Of a stretch of DNA of 64,000 nucleotides, positions 40,201 through 50,603 are shown piece after piece. Each line of letters opens with the position of its first letter. The first letter of the stretch is position 1. A program made the position numbers and the translations under genes. This DNA is from Bugula neritina. Taxonomy: Eukaryota; Animalia; Bryozoa. The stretch covers positions 8,673,408 through 8,737,407 of the forward strand of contig OZ037771.1 in NCBI GenBank assembly GCA_964035545.1, given 5' to 3'. A model generated the notes under the pieces. The model was given only the letters and a program-made list of their open reading frames with translations, was not told where the DNA came from and did not search any database.

Positions 40201-41786
40201 CTAGCTAATTCCATACTATCATATAACCTGCCAGCTAATACTAATAGTATATAATTTTATTATAGTACTTTATTTCTCAAGTAAGGTGGAATACAAGATA
40301 CCTAGCACATCATTACCTGATTGGGCTTCTCACTCCTTTACAATGTCATAATAAACACCTCTAATACAATTGCTACTAAATAATATAATATAGTGCATAT
40401 AATAACTACCTTAACTACCAGAGAGAAGCACATTATACTAACAATTAATGAGTTCAAAGTGATCAATTAAGTGTGGAAATAGAGATTTGGCAGACTAATA
40501 CAATTTGCTACAAACTCACAGCTCACACCCTTCTGTTAGATTAGCCATGTCAACACTTGCTGTTGTGTGTGTAGAAAATTTTGGGTACAACCTAGGGAAG
40601 TGTTAAATGACACGCCCTAAACCATATCCATAGAGTGTTGGGTTTTCATGTTTGATAATATATATTTATATATATATATATATATATTTATAAATATATA
40701 CATATCAATATTTTAAAGATTTTGAAGTTATTCTGTAGCTGTACTCTAGTTGGCTAATAAATTACTTCTCAAACAATAAGACTTTCTCGTCCAAAAATAT
40801 TGCAGAAATGTTGTTAGTAGAACCAACCAAGTATTTACTGGCAAAAACAAGCTTTTCTAAGACCATGTAAATAACTTATGAACATGTTAGACAAAAATCA
40901 GCCAAAGAAATTGACCAGATTTGCTTATTTAACCTTTACCACTTACCACATATTTATTTGCTAAAAATAGATCTAGCAGCAAAGCCATGCTTATACTGTA
41001 ACATTTAGACAGGTATATTTAGACTAGTGTGGGATATGCAACCACTGCAACTCCAAGAATGATTATAAAGCCAAAGAACTTTCAGTTAGCTACAATTTGT
41101 TTTTCTATATTATTATTCAAGAGTTATCTTTCTTGACGAGCTAGTTATATAATTTAATAGGGCTAAGAATTTTAAGAAGTCAAGGCATATTATACAAGCT
41201 CATGGAAGTGTTTCAATTTATACTCAACCTAATATTTATAACATGCCCTGTTACCTGCAGGGACTAAAGTGAGAATAATTTAAAATATGGCTTTAAATTC
41301 AGAGAACAAATCTGTGCAGCGAATGGTCCCACTTATGGTATAACAAAGCAACTACTTGGATACTTTATATTATGATTGTAATTAGAGTAACAATATTTTT
41401 CCTCAGTTTTGGTTCATATAGAGATTTCTATTTTAAAATGCCTCAAGTTTACTCTTCAATTTGAGTAAAATATTGCAATAACTGAAGTGAGATTAAAACT
41501 AACCCTGAGTGTCTCCTATGGTCATACACTGATAGGTTCCATGTTCCAGCCTCTCTCTTATCCTCACCACATCTCCACAACATTCACCATAGTACTTGCA
41601 CTCTTCTGCTCTACTAATGTCTAAACTATTGCAGAATCCACCATTCTTGTTGTAAATTATAGTTGTCATGTTTCTGTTAGTCAAATTCTTACTAAACATG
41701 CCAATGTTTAGCTCTAGAGACTCCACACTGTCCAAAACTGACAAGAGAATTGGTAAGTAAACAAGGCAGTTGTATATCTTCATCAT
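19728..41786 (-). CDS. Gene B: complete adhesion/Methuselah-like family-B GPCR, 1107 aa; join(41786-41504,31490-31413,30200-29945,28670-28420,28172-28011,23072-22787,22615-22370,22058-21960,21700-20953,20642-19728)
   Basis: All introns GT-AG, phases match (1,1,2,1,1,2,2,2,0), total 3324 nt. Signal peptide, SMB-like motifs, four CP..C..YxNxxCxxC modules, and 7TM with 7tm_2-like motifs (CQAIAAITQFFFLASLTW, LGLP, VPIYILIVTN, LGLGW, SQG). Confidence 0.85.
20953..21700 (-). CDS. Gene B exon 9 (Cys module 4 and stalk)
   Basis: tttcag|AGGA...CGG|gtaggt. An alternative in-frame donor exists after 20917. Confidence 0.85.
21960..22058 (-). CDS. Gene B exon 8 (TYKNIHCARCNKATNTTFWDVAVKCEQDQLGNIV); not in the ORF track
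   Basis: ttttcag|A...GT|gtaagt, phase 2-2; completes the YxNxxCAxCN motif. Confidence 0.85.
22370..22615 (-). CDS. Gene B exon 7 (SMB-like CDQRCQYFGTCCQD and start of module 3)
   Basis: caaag|GTGT...AC|gtatgt. Confidence 0.88.
22787..23072 (-). CDS. Gene B exon 6
   Basis: gacag|TA...GA|gtaagt; joins exon 7 to give KNCECDQRC. Confidence 0.85.
24931..27897. mobile_element. Rearranged BEL/Pao remnant in gene B intron 5 (LTR 24931-25580 minus; pol piece 25581-26008 plus; gag/PR 26010-27897 plus)
   Basis: PTVFSGEPLEYLDWK (DUF1759-like), zinc knuckles CMCNMDNH / CYSCAKPGH / CTKKDCEQKH, PR-like YALLNSGSNHTFIT. Paralogous to 56040-62778. Confidence 0.85.
28011..28172 (-). CDS. Gene B exon 5
   Basis: ttgtag|GA GTG TGG...GCA T|gtaagt, phase 1-1; conserved in gene C. 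Confidence 0.75.
28420..28670 (-). CDS. Gene B exon 4 (Cys module 2)
   Basis: atatag|A GAC TGT...ACT G|gtatgt. Confidence 0.87.
29428..29508. repeat. (ACA)n trinucleotide microsatellite
   Basis: Direct reading. Confidence 0.9.
29945..30200 (-). CDS. Gene B exon 3 (WPVTGTFTGITYSNMYCAICNG)
   Basis: ttttag|GT TGT...CAA AG|gtgagc. Confidence 0.87.
31234..31271. repeat. (GT)n microsatellite
   Basis: Direct reading. Confidence 0.9.
31413..31490 (-). CDS. Gene B exon 2 (GYVVNRCPVGTDDKLAQLCTCATQSE)
   Basis: atgcag|GA...GAAG|gtaaag, 78 nt. Confidence 0.85.
33800..37111 (-). CDS. pol: Gypsy Pol (PR-RT-RNaseH-IN), probably expressed by -1 frameshift from gag
   Basis: LVDTGS, RPVMDYRELN, DLKSAYLQI, YIDD, WTDAS, HHCC zinc finger, D-D-E. 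The frame is open upstream of the ATG at 37021 as far as the slippery site. Confidence 0.93.
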   Translation of the reverse strand, partial: SGGGCNSGRRILQHGYHSLGVNRRGPCSLSMSEVLSGACVPRDSLALSGAISRTTTSSRMPVIQAVLNGRCFSCLVDTGSERTLVSPRVVGGKRLKAGRPLLTADGSASHVEGTCRVTVGLQGHCFSVSAPVMSELGNLGVDCLIGGDAIDHMGGVTVRRGSDSRYSVVWGKQSSAGCCDFPRQKVASPGLACGATTAVNDNRSSDLGSLQVEDPDFVANFDNGRWTVSWRWTGESPSKLQTRVSEYRCTQAPQIHERYCAELESWISKGWLKRWEGPVEGVIPLLAVFQPTKDKVRPVMDYRELNNYVESHTGDDKVAVCSEKIRKWRQLKGNLRVVDLKSAYLQIHIAKDLWKYQVVRHKGVHYALTRLGFGLSCAPRIMTSILGKVLSMDDRVRRATDHYIDDIVLQESVVGAEEVRKHLAKYGFETKEPESLDGGRLLGIALKSDSRGELRMMRATALSEIHLKLKSLTKRGLFSLCGRLVGHYPVAGWLRMHCSFLKRLGCGGGWDAPVGDAVSNLAAELLNRAKREDPVRGCWRVNPGGSVTVWTDASSIGIGMVLEVDGNVVEDASWLRKESDHSHINVAELEAVARGINLAVTWGFKTFTLAIDSLTVVNWMGNTVDARSRVRTKSAAEMLTKRRLGVIRDTITEFDLEISVRFVPTAENKADCMTRVAKQWLGSRGLGSTDMQVTAALSTGESVEDAIWAAHLPHHLGVDRTLYLARQIRRDLSREQVKRELAGCETCQRVDPALRSENIVPTGSLSVEGNWQRVAIDVTHYDGRLFLSMVDCGPSRLAIWRRLQSESAEKIVAQLRSVVVERGPCEELLLDNSMAFRSASVEEFADEWGISLRFRAAYAPSGNGIVERNHRTIKRIAERGGISPEEATFWYNVTPRKDADEGSVPSNVLFRYPWRVPFDINAPEAGVCGDCNFAIGDEVWLKPPTPSCTRQWALGKVTGVVSRHTVCVNGVPRHVRDVRKRRHGGELAQHGGRRHQGGLSARVDDQHIRYAGPPGDLPLVLSEEHGEEANAGQYAVREDPAQPDADVNDVRCPERPTEQVGVDAEESENADVPLLHHGRPQRVRRRPAYLADYVDWPEVVAFP
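37054..38058 (-). CDS. gag: Gypsy Gag with two CCHC zinc knuckles
   Basis: CYRCGGAHRVKDC and CFRCGGIDHWVRDC, FTGDG..WIREFE. Start could be the ATG at 38058 or at 38121. Confidence 0.9.
   Translation of the reverse strand: MSREGEKIEGEDSPGESSAVGGASDLGGPSSAGTGLAAPVLLDARVLASILNQAKGPILSRIRQATPQFTGDGSVDVTAWIREFEGLCEVEQIAPTEILIYMLGGNAARVYSRMRVAEASQWDVVKAALVAEYAMPMQEAWRRFITCRMEDGDTIDVYLDRLERFGGRVGMTCNDLSFRAQFYEGLPASVYEWAVTLESAYKADFGSVLARVRERVVSRRAVARRSRSGQQSGEVAAASGRAQQQSGASSCYRCGGAHRVKDCTESRRASFNKRPVRNSSGKRAGCFRCGGIDHWVRDCPKPPAVAAGLEGNQPGFQAEDATRGAASSNMDTTV
37075..37117 (-). promoter_or_regulatory. -1 programmed ribosomal frameshift signal (G GGU UUU plus 9-bp stem-loop)
   Basis: Slippery heptamer in gag frame, 5-nt spacer, GGAGGATGC-13nt-GCATCCTCC. 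Pol is in the -1 frame. Confidence 0.85.
39785..40255. repeat. 28/30-bp minisatellite with 146-bp higher-order period
   Basis: Units ctagtatataacctaccagctaatacta / ...aattccata. A variant unit recurs at 39924, 40070 and 40216. Confidence 0.9.
41504..41786 (-). CDS. Gene B exon 1 (signal peptide, SMB-like half motif)
   Basis: ATG...CAG G|gttagt; first 38 aa identical to gene A. Confidence 0.87.
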
Positions 41787-44631
41787 GTCCAGGATAGTTC
41801 TTCTAGTAGCAGTCAGTCTGTTTCAGCCACTCTCACTCTTCTTTCGCTTCTGTCTAGTAGACTGTAGAACATACAAAATAATCTCTTTAAGATGACATTA
41901 TGGTTTTCTAGCCTTTAATCTTGATTCATGACGTCGGCTTGCTAACAGGAACAACTATTTTGAAATACATTTTTCTAGCAGATTACTAATGAAGCCATTA
42001 AATATTTTGGCTGAAATACAAAAATGTGTTTTATGGCTTAAGGACACGTTTAAACTGCAATAAGCATGACAGCTGTTGAACAAGGTGCACAACTATGTGC
42101 TCAATAGATTTACTCCGGTTACTACTACAGTGTAAAATTCAAAAACACAAATCTTTGTTGGAAATAATAGACAAAATGAGCTATATAAAGTTCTGTTGCC
42201 AATCTGCAATGTAAGCTTGAGCTTTTTTTAATTCTATATTAACTTTGAATTAGCCGTTAGCCATAAAATCTACGAAAAAATTTTCAACAGGAGAAACGTG
42301 TCTTTGAAAATCTTGTTCATATGCCATGCATTAAAGCAACTTAACTCGCTCTTTGAATATAGAGAGAAACAATGTATGTTGTAATTTGACACCAGAGTTT
42401 TTATTAGTTTACAATAATAAGTGTATCAACTATCATGGTATGACATCTTTTTTGAAAAAGGATTATGCAATTGTTTAATATCATGGATGTTTTTTAAAAC
42501 AGCCCTATAACTTGTTAACTTTTAGAAATGCATATATCTATTTACCATGACGCATATGTTGTATATATTATCTTTGTTCATAGTTACAATAAAAAAATAT
42601 ACAATAAAATTTAACACATTTAGCACAGGATTGCAGGAGGACAGCCATCTATGTAAGAAAGTTGGCTCAGAAGCTCGGTAACAGAATTAATGTTGCGAGT
42701 TGTTTTATATAATTACTTTCTATCTTGCAATAATATTGTTAATCAAATTAATTTGCCTGCTCTTTGAAAACTGAAATAAAGAGAAATTTTTCCTTATCCA
42801 GATATTTTAGATACTAAAGATAAAGATAATTATTTATTATGCATGCAAGGAAAATATACTCAAGTATATAGACTGACTCTTTCATAATAATTACTGCCAA
42901 CATTACAAAGTTATTAAACTAGACTATACTTACACGATATGAGCCACAGTCTACAGTCTATAAGATTGTTACTAACTGATAGTAAGAATAATGTATACAG
43001 TCAATCACATCTTCTCACAAGTATTCCTTCCTGTGTATGATAGTGAAATATAGCTGTCTAAGGCAGCGACCGTTTGATCATGTGACCTTGCAGCCAATCA
43101 CGTGTGCACACACACACACACACACACAATTGTCTAGCATTATAATGCCTACTCCTATTTAGCCAATACTAACTCATCCCTTCACTTCTATAATTTGAAT
43201 ACAGTCAAATAAATCTAGTAGTTGTTTGTTTTTCTTTTTAATGATACATGCATATTACAAAACTTGCTTCTTTGTTGTACCACTATTTTTATCTTTCCAG
43301 CTTTTTTACTTTTTAAAAGAGTTTTTTTTCTTATTTTTGATCAATTATATACAATATACGTACTTTCCTAGGCTTGCTACTTTTACCAACAGCCTTTAAT
43401 ATCTTCTCAGTAGTTTTGGAACTATATAAGAAGTTAGAAATCTGTTTTTAGCACTACGTCTTATTCTGTGACCATTATTAGGTATACACGCGCAAGAGTT
43501 CTATTTAGATGACCAATATTATATAATATTACCCAACAATATTGCCTAATTTTCTGACTGCTAATAGCAAGAGCTGATCACTTGTTTGGGGAAATGTTTG
43601 TTGATATGAAATAAAGTCTGGCGTTTGGTGACTCATTGAAATGTAGCTGCAAGGCTTGATTTCTGTGGGCACCTGCTTTTAATTTTTAAGTGCACTTTTA
43701 CAAAAACATAACCAATAATGCAGGCAGCTGACCTTTATACCAGTCTTTTACAAGCTTGATTCTTCAACCAATCAAAAGTAATTACATTAGTTAAACATCT
43801 TTCTTATAGTGACACTTATATTTTAAATCTAATTTCCATGTTCTGTGCAAAAATCGTTTTGCTTGAGCTTCATGTGATTTGTATTTTGGTGGTTAAATTT
43901 GGATACTGTGACTGTTTGTTAGACAATTTCTCATTCTACAAACTTCTTTTAGAACCCAGGCTATGAAACCCCAACTCCACACCTATCTCTTCTTTCTTTA
44001 TACACAGAAGCAGCGTATGTGTTGCTATAAGTGGTGAGATCAGAGTCTACATTATTTCTCTGCTTTCACTTGAAGTATTAAGTGAGCTATTTAACAGTCT
44101 ATAATCCCCAAAGTGAAGGGGATTCGTTCTAATTATGTTCAAGTATATAGCCTCATTTTCTCATAGCTGATAGTTTCATGTCTTAAGGCTAAAAATAGTT
44201 CTCAGGTTTCAGTAAAGCTGGCAGGTTAAAAAATTAACACCCAAGGTGACAAGAAGAAAACCTAGTGACTAGAACATCAACAGAGACCTGGAGATTAAGC
44301 AAGCCGGCCGGTGCCACTAGAAGTAGCTGATCCATCAGCCATGCAGCTATACATATAAACTGAGTAGCATGTATTCTACTATAAGCAACTAATTAATAAA
44401 GTATATTATCTGACAGTTAGAAATGGTTAAACTTTATTGAGCTAAACATATTTGAGTGGTGCATTTGTGCAGCTGTTAAAACTTGTGCCATGTGAATTAT
44501 GGAATTATGCAAATGAATGCCCATGGTTTCATTTACGTAACTATTTTCATTAACCGATTGAAAAACTCCATTCCCATAATTTGATAATGGAAATGTAGTG
44601 ATACTCTATGTCAACCATACATATGTGCTAC

Positions 44632-45435
44632 ACCAACCATATACTATACCAACCATGTGCTATACCAACCATGTGCTATACCAACCATATACTATACCAA
44701 CCATATACTATACCAACCATATACTATACCAACCATATACTATACCAACCATATACTATACCAACCATATACTATACCAACCATATACTATACCAACCAT
44801 ATACTATACCAACCATATACTATACCAACCATATACTATAACAACCATATACTATACCAACCATATACTTTACCAACCATATACTTTACCAACCATATAC
44901 TATACCAACCATATACTATACCAACCATATACTATACCAACCATATACTATACCAACCATATAATATACCAACCATGTACTATACCAACCATATACTATA
45001 CCAACCATATACTATACCAACCATGTGCTATACCAACCATATACTATACCAACCATATACTATACCAACCATATACTATACCAACCATATACTATACCAA
45101 CCATATAATATACCAACCATGTACTATACCAACCATATACTATACCAACCATGTGCTATACCAACCATATACTATACCAACCATATACTATACCAACCAT
45201 GTACTATACCAACCATGTACTATACCAACCATATACTATACCAACCATATACTATACCAACCATATACTATACCAACCATGTACTATACCAACCATATAC
45301 TATACCAACCATATACTATACCAACCATATACTATACCAACCATATACTATACCAACCATATACTACACCAACCATATACTATACCAGCCATGTGCTATA
45401 CCAACCATATACTATACCAACCATGTGCTATACCA
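44632..45435. repeat. 16-bp minisatellite (CCAACCATATACTATA), about 50 copies
   Basis: Direct reading; variants ccatgtgctata and ccatgtactata. Confidence 0.95.
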
Positions 45436-45608
45436 GCAAAGTCTTATGTCAATACTGTGCTATAAGAACTCTGTACTTTACCTAAATATGCAGGTAAAAT
45501 TATAGTAACCAGCCAAGAATAGCAAAGATTACCTGCAAATCTTCCAATTTAATTATATTTAGCAGCAGTACAATGCTTATAGACATCATGACCACAGGCT
45601 AAAATTTC

Positions 45609-48261
45609 AAAAAACTATTTAAAGTGACAGGAGATTGCAGTTCTAGCTGAAATCAAGCATTTTAATATGACCTCTCAAAACCGCCATCTAAAAAATTGAA
45701 AATTGAAAACGATAACATAAATTTATAATATAATTTAAAATATTGTGACTTCAACATTTCTGTTTATCTAGATGTTTTCTTAAATGTAATCTGAATAAAT
45801 TAAACTGGCTCCATATAATTTGACAGCAGTTTGTTGTATTTGAAAGTAGCGTCAAATTTTACAGCTAATTTTGAAACTTAGGGATCAAATTGAAAAGCAA
45901 ATGGCTGGTTTGGTAGCTATTTATTTAATCAGATTTATTGACTATTATTATCTAAAAATCACCAAGCCACACCATCAACATTAGTTATAAAAACTTTTAA
46001 GCTAAAAACTGGAAGTTTAAAGTAAGCGCTATTGTTTGTATACGTAAAAGAGCATATTTGGTCCATTGATCTGTGGATAGTGTCCCGTGAAGGAACATAT
46101 ATGGTTCATTGATCGTGTAAGGATTCGGAGGTTAGTGTTACCCCTTGAATCCAGCAGGAAGGTGACAGCTTTACTGGCTATCGTCCCAATTAAGAAATAG
46201 CTGCCACTGTAGGGTTCTACCCATACTTTCCTAGTGCGCTCGGTCTTTGCAAGGGACACCCCTCTTGTTTAAGTTTGGGCTGGGACTGCATCCGATGGTT
46301 GCGGACAGGTTTTTGAGGGGCGGTTTGGAGTGGCACAGTGAAGATAGCAGATTGGCCATATGGCTTGCCTGTCCTTCTTGACACTTTCCACTCCGGTAGG
46401 AGTGCCCGTCTTGTTTGCACAAACTGCCGGCGGCTCTCCTGCCGGAGAAGTCTTATCTCCGGCCTGCAGCTGGCAGAAGTTCTTGCGAGCCGGGAGAGTT
46501 CAACTTTTTCCGCATTGAAGGGCACTCTCTGCAAAGGTGCCTGCAGCTACCGCATTTCTAACGGGTGGTTACCTGCTTCTTTAGCAGCCCCTCCCGCGAT
46601 TTCAAAGCTCTGTGAGTGGGTCCAGCTGCTGAAAACTGTGTAAGTGCTTCCACTAGTTTTGCTATCATGTCGGTCATTTGCGCCACCTTAGAGACGGTCG
46701 AAGACTTGGTGAAGGGGACAACGACAAGGGTCGCCGCTTCAGCCTTGCTATAAGTAGTTGCCAACTATGCTTTAATTTGGCCGGACCTCACATGGCTCCT
46801 GTGTAGCTTGGTGGCCAAGAGATAGGTCTCACTTTTATGCAGTGCGTCTTCAATCGTCGCGGCTCCTCTAGTTATAAACTAGCGATGGAGGCCTAGGTCA
46901 TTCATTGGCTGCACAAGAGCGTCAAAAGTGTACCATTTACGGTTAACGGGTGACAGGCTATTATGCGCAATTTGCGCTAACCGTTTAACTGTGGCAGCAG
47001 ATTCTTGCAGGGAGGTGCCCGGATCACGCTGCAACCCTTGCAAGCGAACTCGGGCGTCTATAAGCAAGATTCCAAATTGAGTCCGTAGTGCAGCAAAAAT
47101 GCTATTGACATCAGGTTCTAACTCATGGGCTTTGGCTACCCCTGGTAAAGCCAGCCTTATTTTCAGCAAGGCCACGCAATGTGGCCATTGAGTGACTGCT
47201 ACCATGTCACTAAATTCTTGAATAAATTGTTCTACGTCCTCATTGCCGGTGAATACAGAGGCTTTCAGGCGGTACCTATCACCAGGTAGTTCTCTGTGAG
47301 TTTACTCGCCCCGTGGCACCGGATTTTTCAGAATAATATTAATAACAAGCTTATCTTCATCCTGCCGCAGAGGTTGCGCAAGTTTTTCTGTCATGACGAG
47401 GACTCCCGCGTTGTGCTCTGCCATTATAACCCCGATTTATTGTCCAGATAGCAGTTGCGTTGCACACAATTATCTCACCGCTGCCACCATTGCTGTAGTT
47501 TTGTGCACTACTACTTTGGTTATTATTACATGCTAGTAAATACTACATATTTACTGTGAGGTTATGTGCAGAACCTACGAGTTGATCATTTAACAAGAGA
47601 ACTGTATTGTTTATGAATTACGCACGATCAGAAATCAGTATAAGTACAAAAGAGAAAAGAGTACAATAGCCAAAACAATTACATAAAGTCAACCTAGTTA
47701 TTTACTATTACTGTCCAAGACTGCTGTGGGTGCTGGAAGGCATTGCTTCTATACATGGAGTGGATTCAGATTGGATGACACAAGATTCCAGTGGTGTCGT
47801 CCGTAGTTGCTGGGGGTGTCGCACGTAATTATTAGTAGGGTACCGCATAGAAATGCGGCATGGCTTGGAGTTGTCGTCTTTGACCATAATCTATAGAGTT
47901 ACGTGTAGTAGGGGATATACTGGAGGGTATATTTCCCCTAACCATTACACCATGTGAATTATGCCTGCGCTTTTTGCTTTTTGAAATAAGCAGCTGAAAC
48001 CTTGCTTGGTCAGGTTCCAACAAAATTTTAAAAAGTCTATCACGTAATCTAAAACGAACAAACTCATTTACCAGCAGACCAATTAAAGTTGCTCGTTTGG
48101 CGCAATTGATGCAGTGGTTTGATCACGCGGTTCAAAACTAACAAAATTTGCATTCGTGGTGTCATTTTGGTTTGATATTTGTCCAATTCGTTGACTGTTT
48201 GAATAAGCTATTGGAGTGGCTCCAGTGAGCTGTACAGGATAGAGGGAAGAACAGCGTGACA
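45609..48261 (-). mobile_element. Duplicated 5' part of the old Gypsy (truncated piggyBac MITE, gag, tRNA-Leu PBS 47472-47489, LTR 47491-48261)
   Basis: Near-identical to 15767-18416. Confidence 0.9.
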
Positions 48262-49338
48262 ATGCAAGTTGTTAGTATGCCTTGTTAGTTTTTTTATATA
48301 GGTACCGGTATATGTATTAATAACATATAAAATAAGATATCCCAATTATGTATTGATCAGAAATAAAATGACTATATCAATGTTTTCTTCCTATACGAAA
48401 GCCCAAAAGTTCTTTTGTACAAATCATGCTTATTTCTCTCTCGAAGCTAGCTTTGCAACAGTAAAGTAAATATTTCAATATTTTCGGTAGATCTCCTTTT
48501 TAAAATTTAGTTTTACAGTTTACTAAATTTCAGAATTAGCTATTCTGTATAGAAAATTGTAAAAATTTAAATGAGACTCTTTGTTAAAAGAAATATTTGC
48601 ATGATTAATTTTTCCATCTGCCATCTTTATTAAAATAAGTAACTTGGAAGTTTCACTGCTATGGTTTAGTCACTCAGTGTGTTATTGCTCAAAAATTATC
48701 AAATGTAAAATATTTTTTTAATGAGCAAGTCAAAGCTTTGCAGCAGCGGTTGGTCCTGCTTTGATACATACATGTGTGTGACCCACTAATTGGGGATGCT
48801 CGTTTTATACTGTAGGTTTCACGAGCTGGATGCTCACAGATCACCACTCATTTATTGCGATGCATTACTTTGACTACACTTGTCCACTTACTCAAAGTGT
48901 GTACACAGTGTGGGGATTGACTGCTAGATTACTGATCGATACTTATCGATACTTACTCTTGCTTTTCAAACTGTCCCACAATTTAGTTTATGTATTTCAA
49001 AACAGTTTTATTATAGTTTCCTTGATGAGTCACATATGGTACAGATAAATCATATATGGTACAGCTTTTAGTGTCCAAACCTTAGTAATAATATCCAGGA
49101 AAGCTTTATATTTGTTTAAAAGTTGGTGACTTTTATAATGTTTTCTGACTTATAAATTTTTGTTGTATGTTATAATTAGTTACAAGTGCAACTATAGTGT
49201 GAATATATTGTTTCTAATTTTTATTTTATTGATTTATTCCAGAAAAATAATCATCAGTAATTACAATAAATCTTCATGTAAGTCTTCAAGTTATTGGTAA
49301 CATCAGAGTATAGAAAGAACAGAAAAAATACGAAAAAC

Positions 49339-49341
<3 letters not shown>

Positions 49342-49422
<81 letters not shown>
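49342..49422. repeat. (AT)n microsatellite; paralogous tracts at 19486-19510 and 50338-50453
   Basis: Direct reading. Confidence 0.9.
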
Positions 49423-49427
<5 letters not shown>

Positions 49428-49640
49428 ATGTATAATATTTAATGTTTATATGATGTATATATGATGTATATATAATATAATACATTCAAATATTATACAT
49501 GCATACATACATATACACAGTCCATGTATACAAAGTAACAGCCTCTGAGTCAAGGAGTGCACCTGTAATCATGATTATCTTTTGCTGAAAATCCTCATAA
49601 CTTTTATAAACAATTACAAACTATCTAAGTTCACAGCTGA

Positions 49641-49745
49641 CTACCTTATTTCTATGTTAACAACAGATGTTGTTACTGTTGATGAAGTAGCTTTGCTCTC
49701 TGAAGTAGTTATTTTTTATTTTTAAACCATGTTTTAACTGAAGTT
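49641..49745 (-). pseudogene. Orphan copy of the gene-B-type C-terminal coding tail downstream of gene C
   Basis: Matches 19728-19830 (ITTSESKATSSTVTTSVVNIEIR*), but its upstream junction is non-coding 3' flank sequence. Confidence 0.85.
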
Positions 49746-50333
49746 TAGCAGCAGCAGCTGGTCCTGCTTTGATTCATACATGTGTGTTACCCACTAAGAG
49801 TATGCTTGTTTTATACTGTAGGTTTCAAGAGCTGGATGCTCACAGATTACCACACCACTCATTTATTGCCATGCATTATACTTTGACTACACTTGTCCAC
49901 TCACTCAAAGTGTGTTCACAGTGTGGGAATTTACTGCTAGATTACTGATACTTATATCTTCTCTTGCTTTTCAAACTGTCCCACAATTCAGTTTATGTAT
50001 TGCCAATCAGTTTAATTATAGTTTAATTGAAGAATAATTTGCTGATAAATCATATATGGTACAGCTTTTCGTGTCCAAACTTCAGTAATAATATCCAGGA
50101 AAGCTTTACATTTGCTTTAAATTTGGTAACTTTTATATTGTTGTCTGACTTTTTATTTTTTTAAAATATTATGATATATTTAGTTCAAGTACAATTATAG
50201 TAAGAATATATTTTTTCTAATTTGATTTATTGCTTCATTCCAGAAGAATAATAATAATTATAATTAATCTTCATGTAAATCTTCAAGTTATTGATAACAT
50301 CGCATTATAGAAAAAGCAGAAAGAAATGCAAAA

Positions 50334-50457
<124 letters not shown>

Positions 50458-50603
50458 CATATATATGACATATATATGGCGCAGATATGATGCATATATG
50501 ATGTATGGAATATATATTCAAATTATATACATACATATAAATACATATAGAGAAATTTTATAATTTTTATAAAAAATTACAAACTCTTTAGATTCACAGC
50601 TGA

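Larger units (their letters stand above)
30661..43100. repeat. Older segmental duplication, paralogous to 1-~6450 (5' half and promoter of genes B and A)
   Basis: Colinear similarity, visibly more diverged than the B/C pair, interrupted by copy-specific insertions. Confidence 0.9.

Noticed and set aside
44598-45505. Repetitive YTNHILYQPYTIPTI ORFs, or a CRISPR-like array
   Set aside because: Head-to-tail 16-bp tandem repeat with no spacers; frames are open only because the unit lacks stop codons; eukaryotic context.
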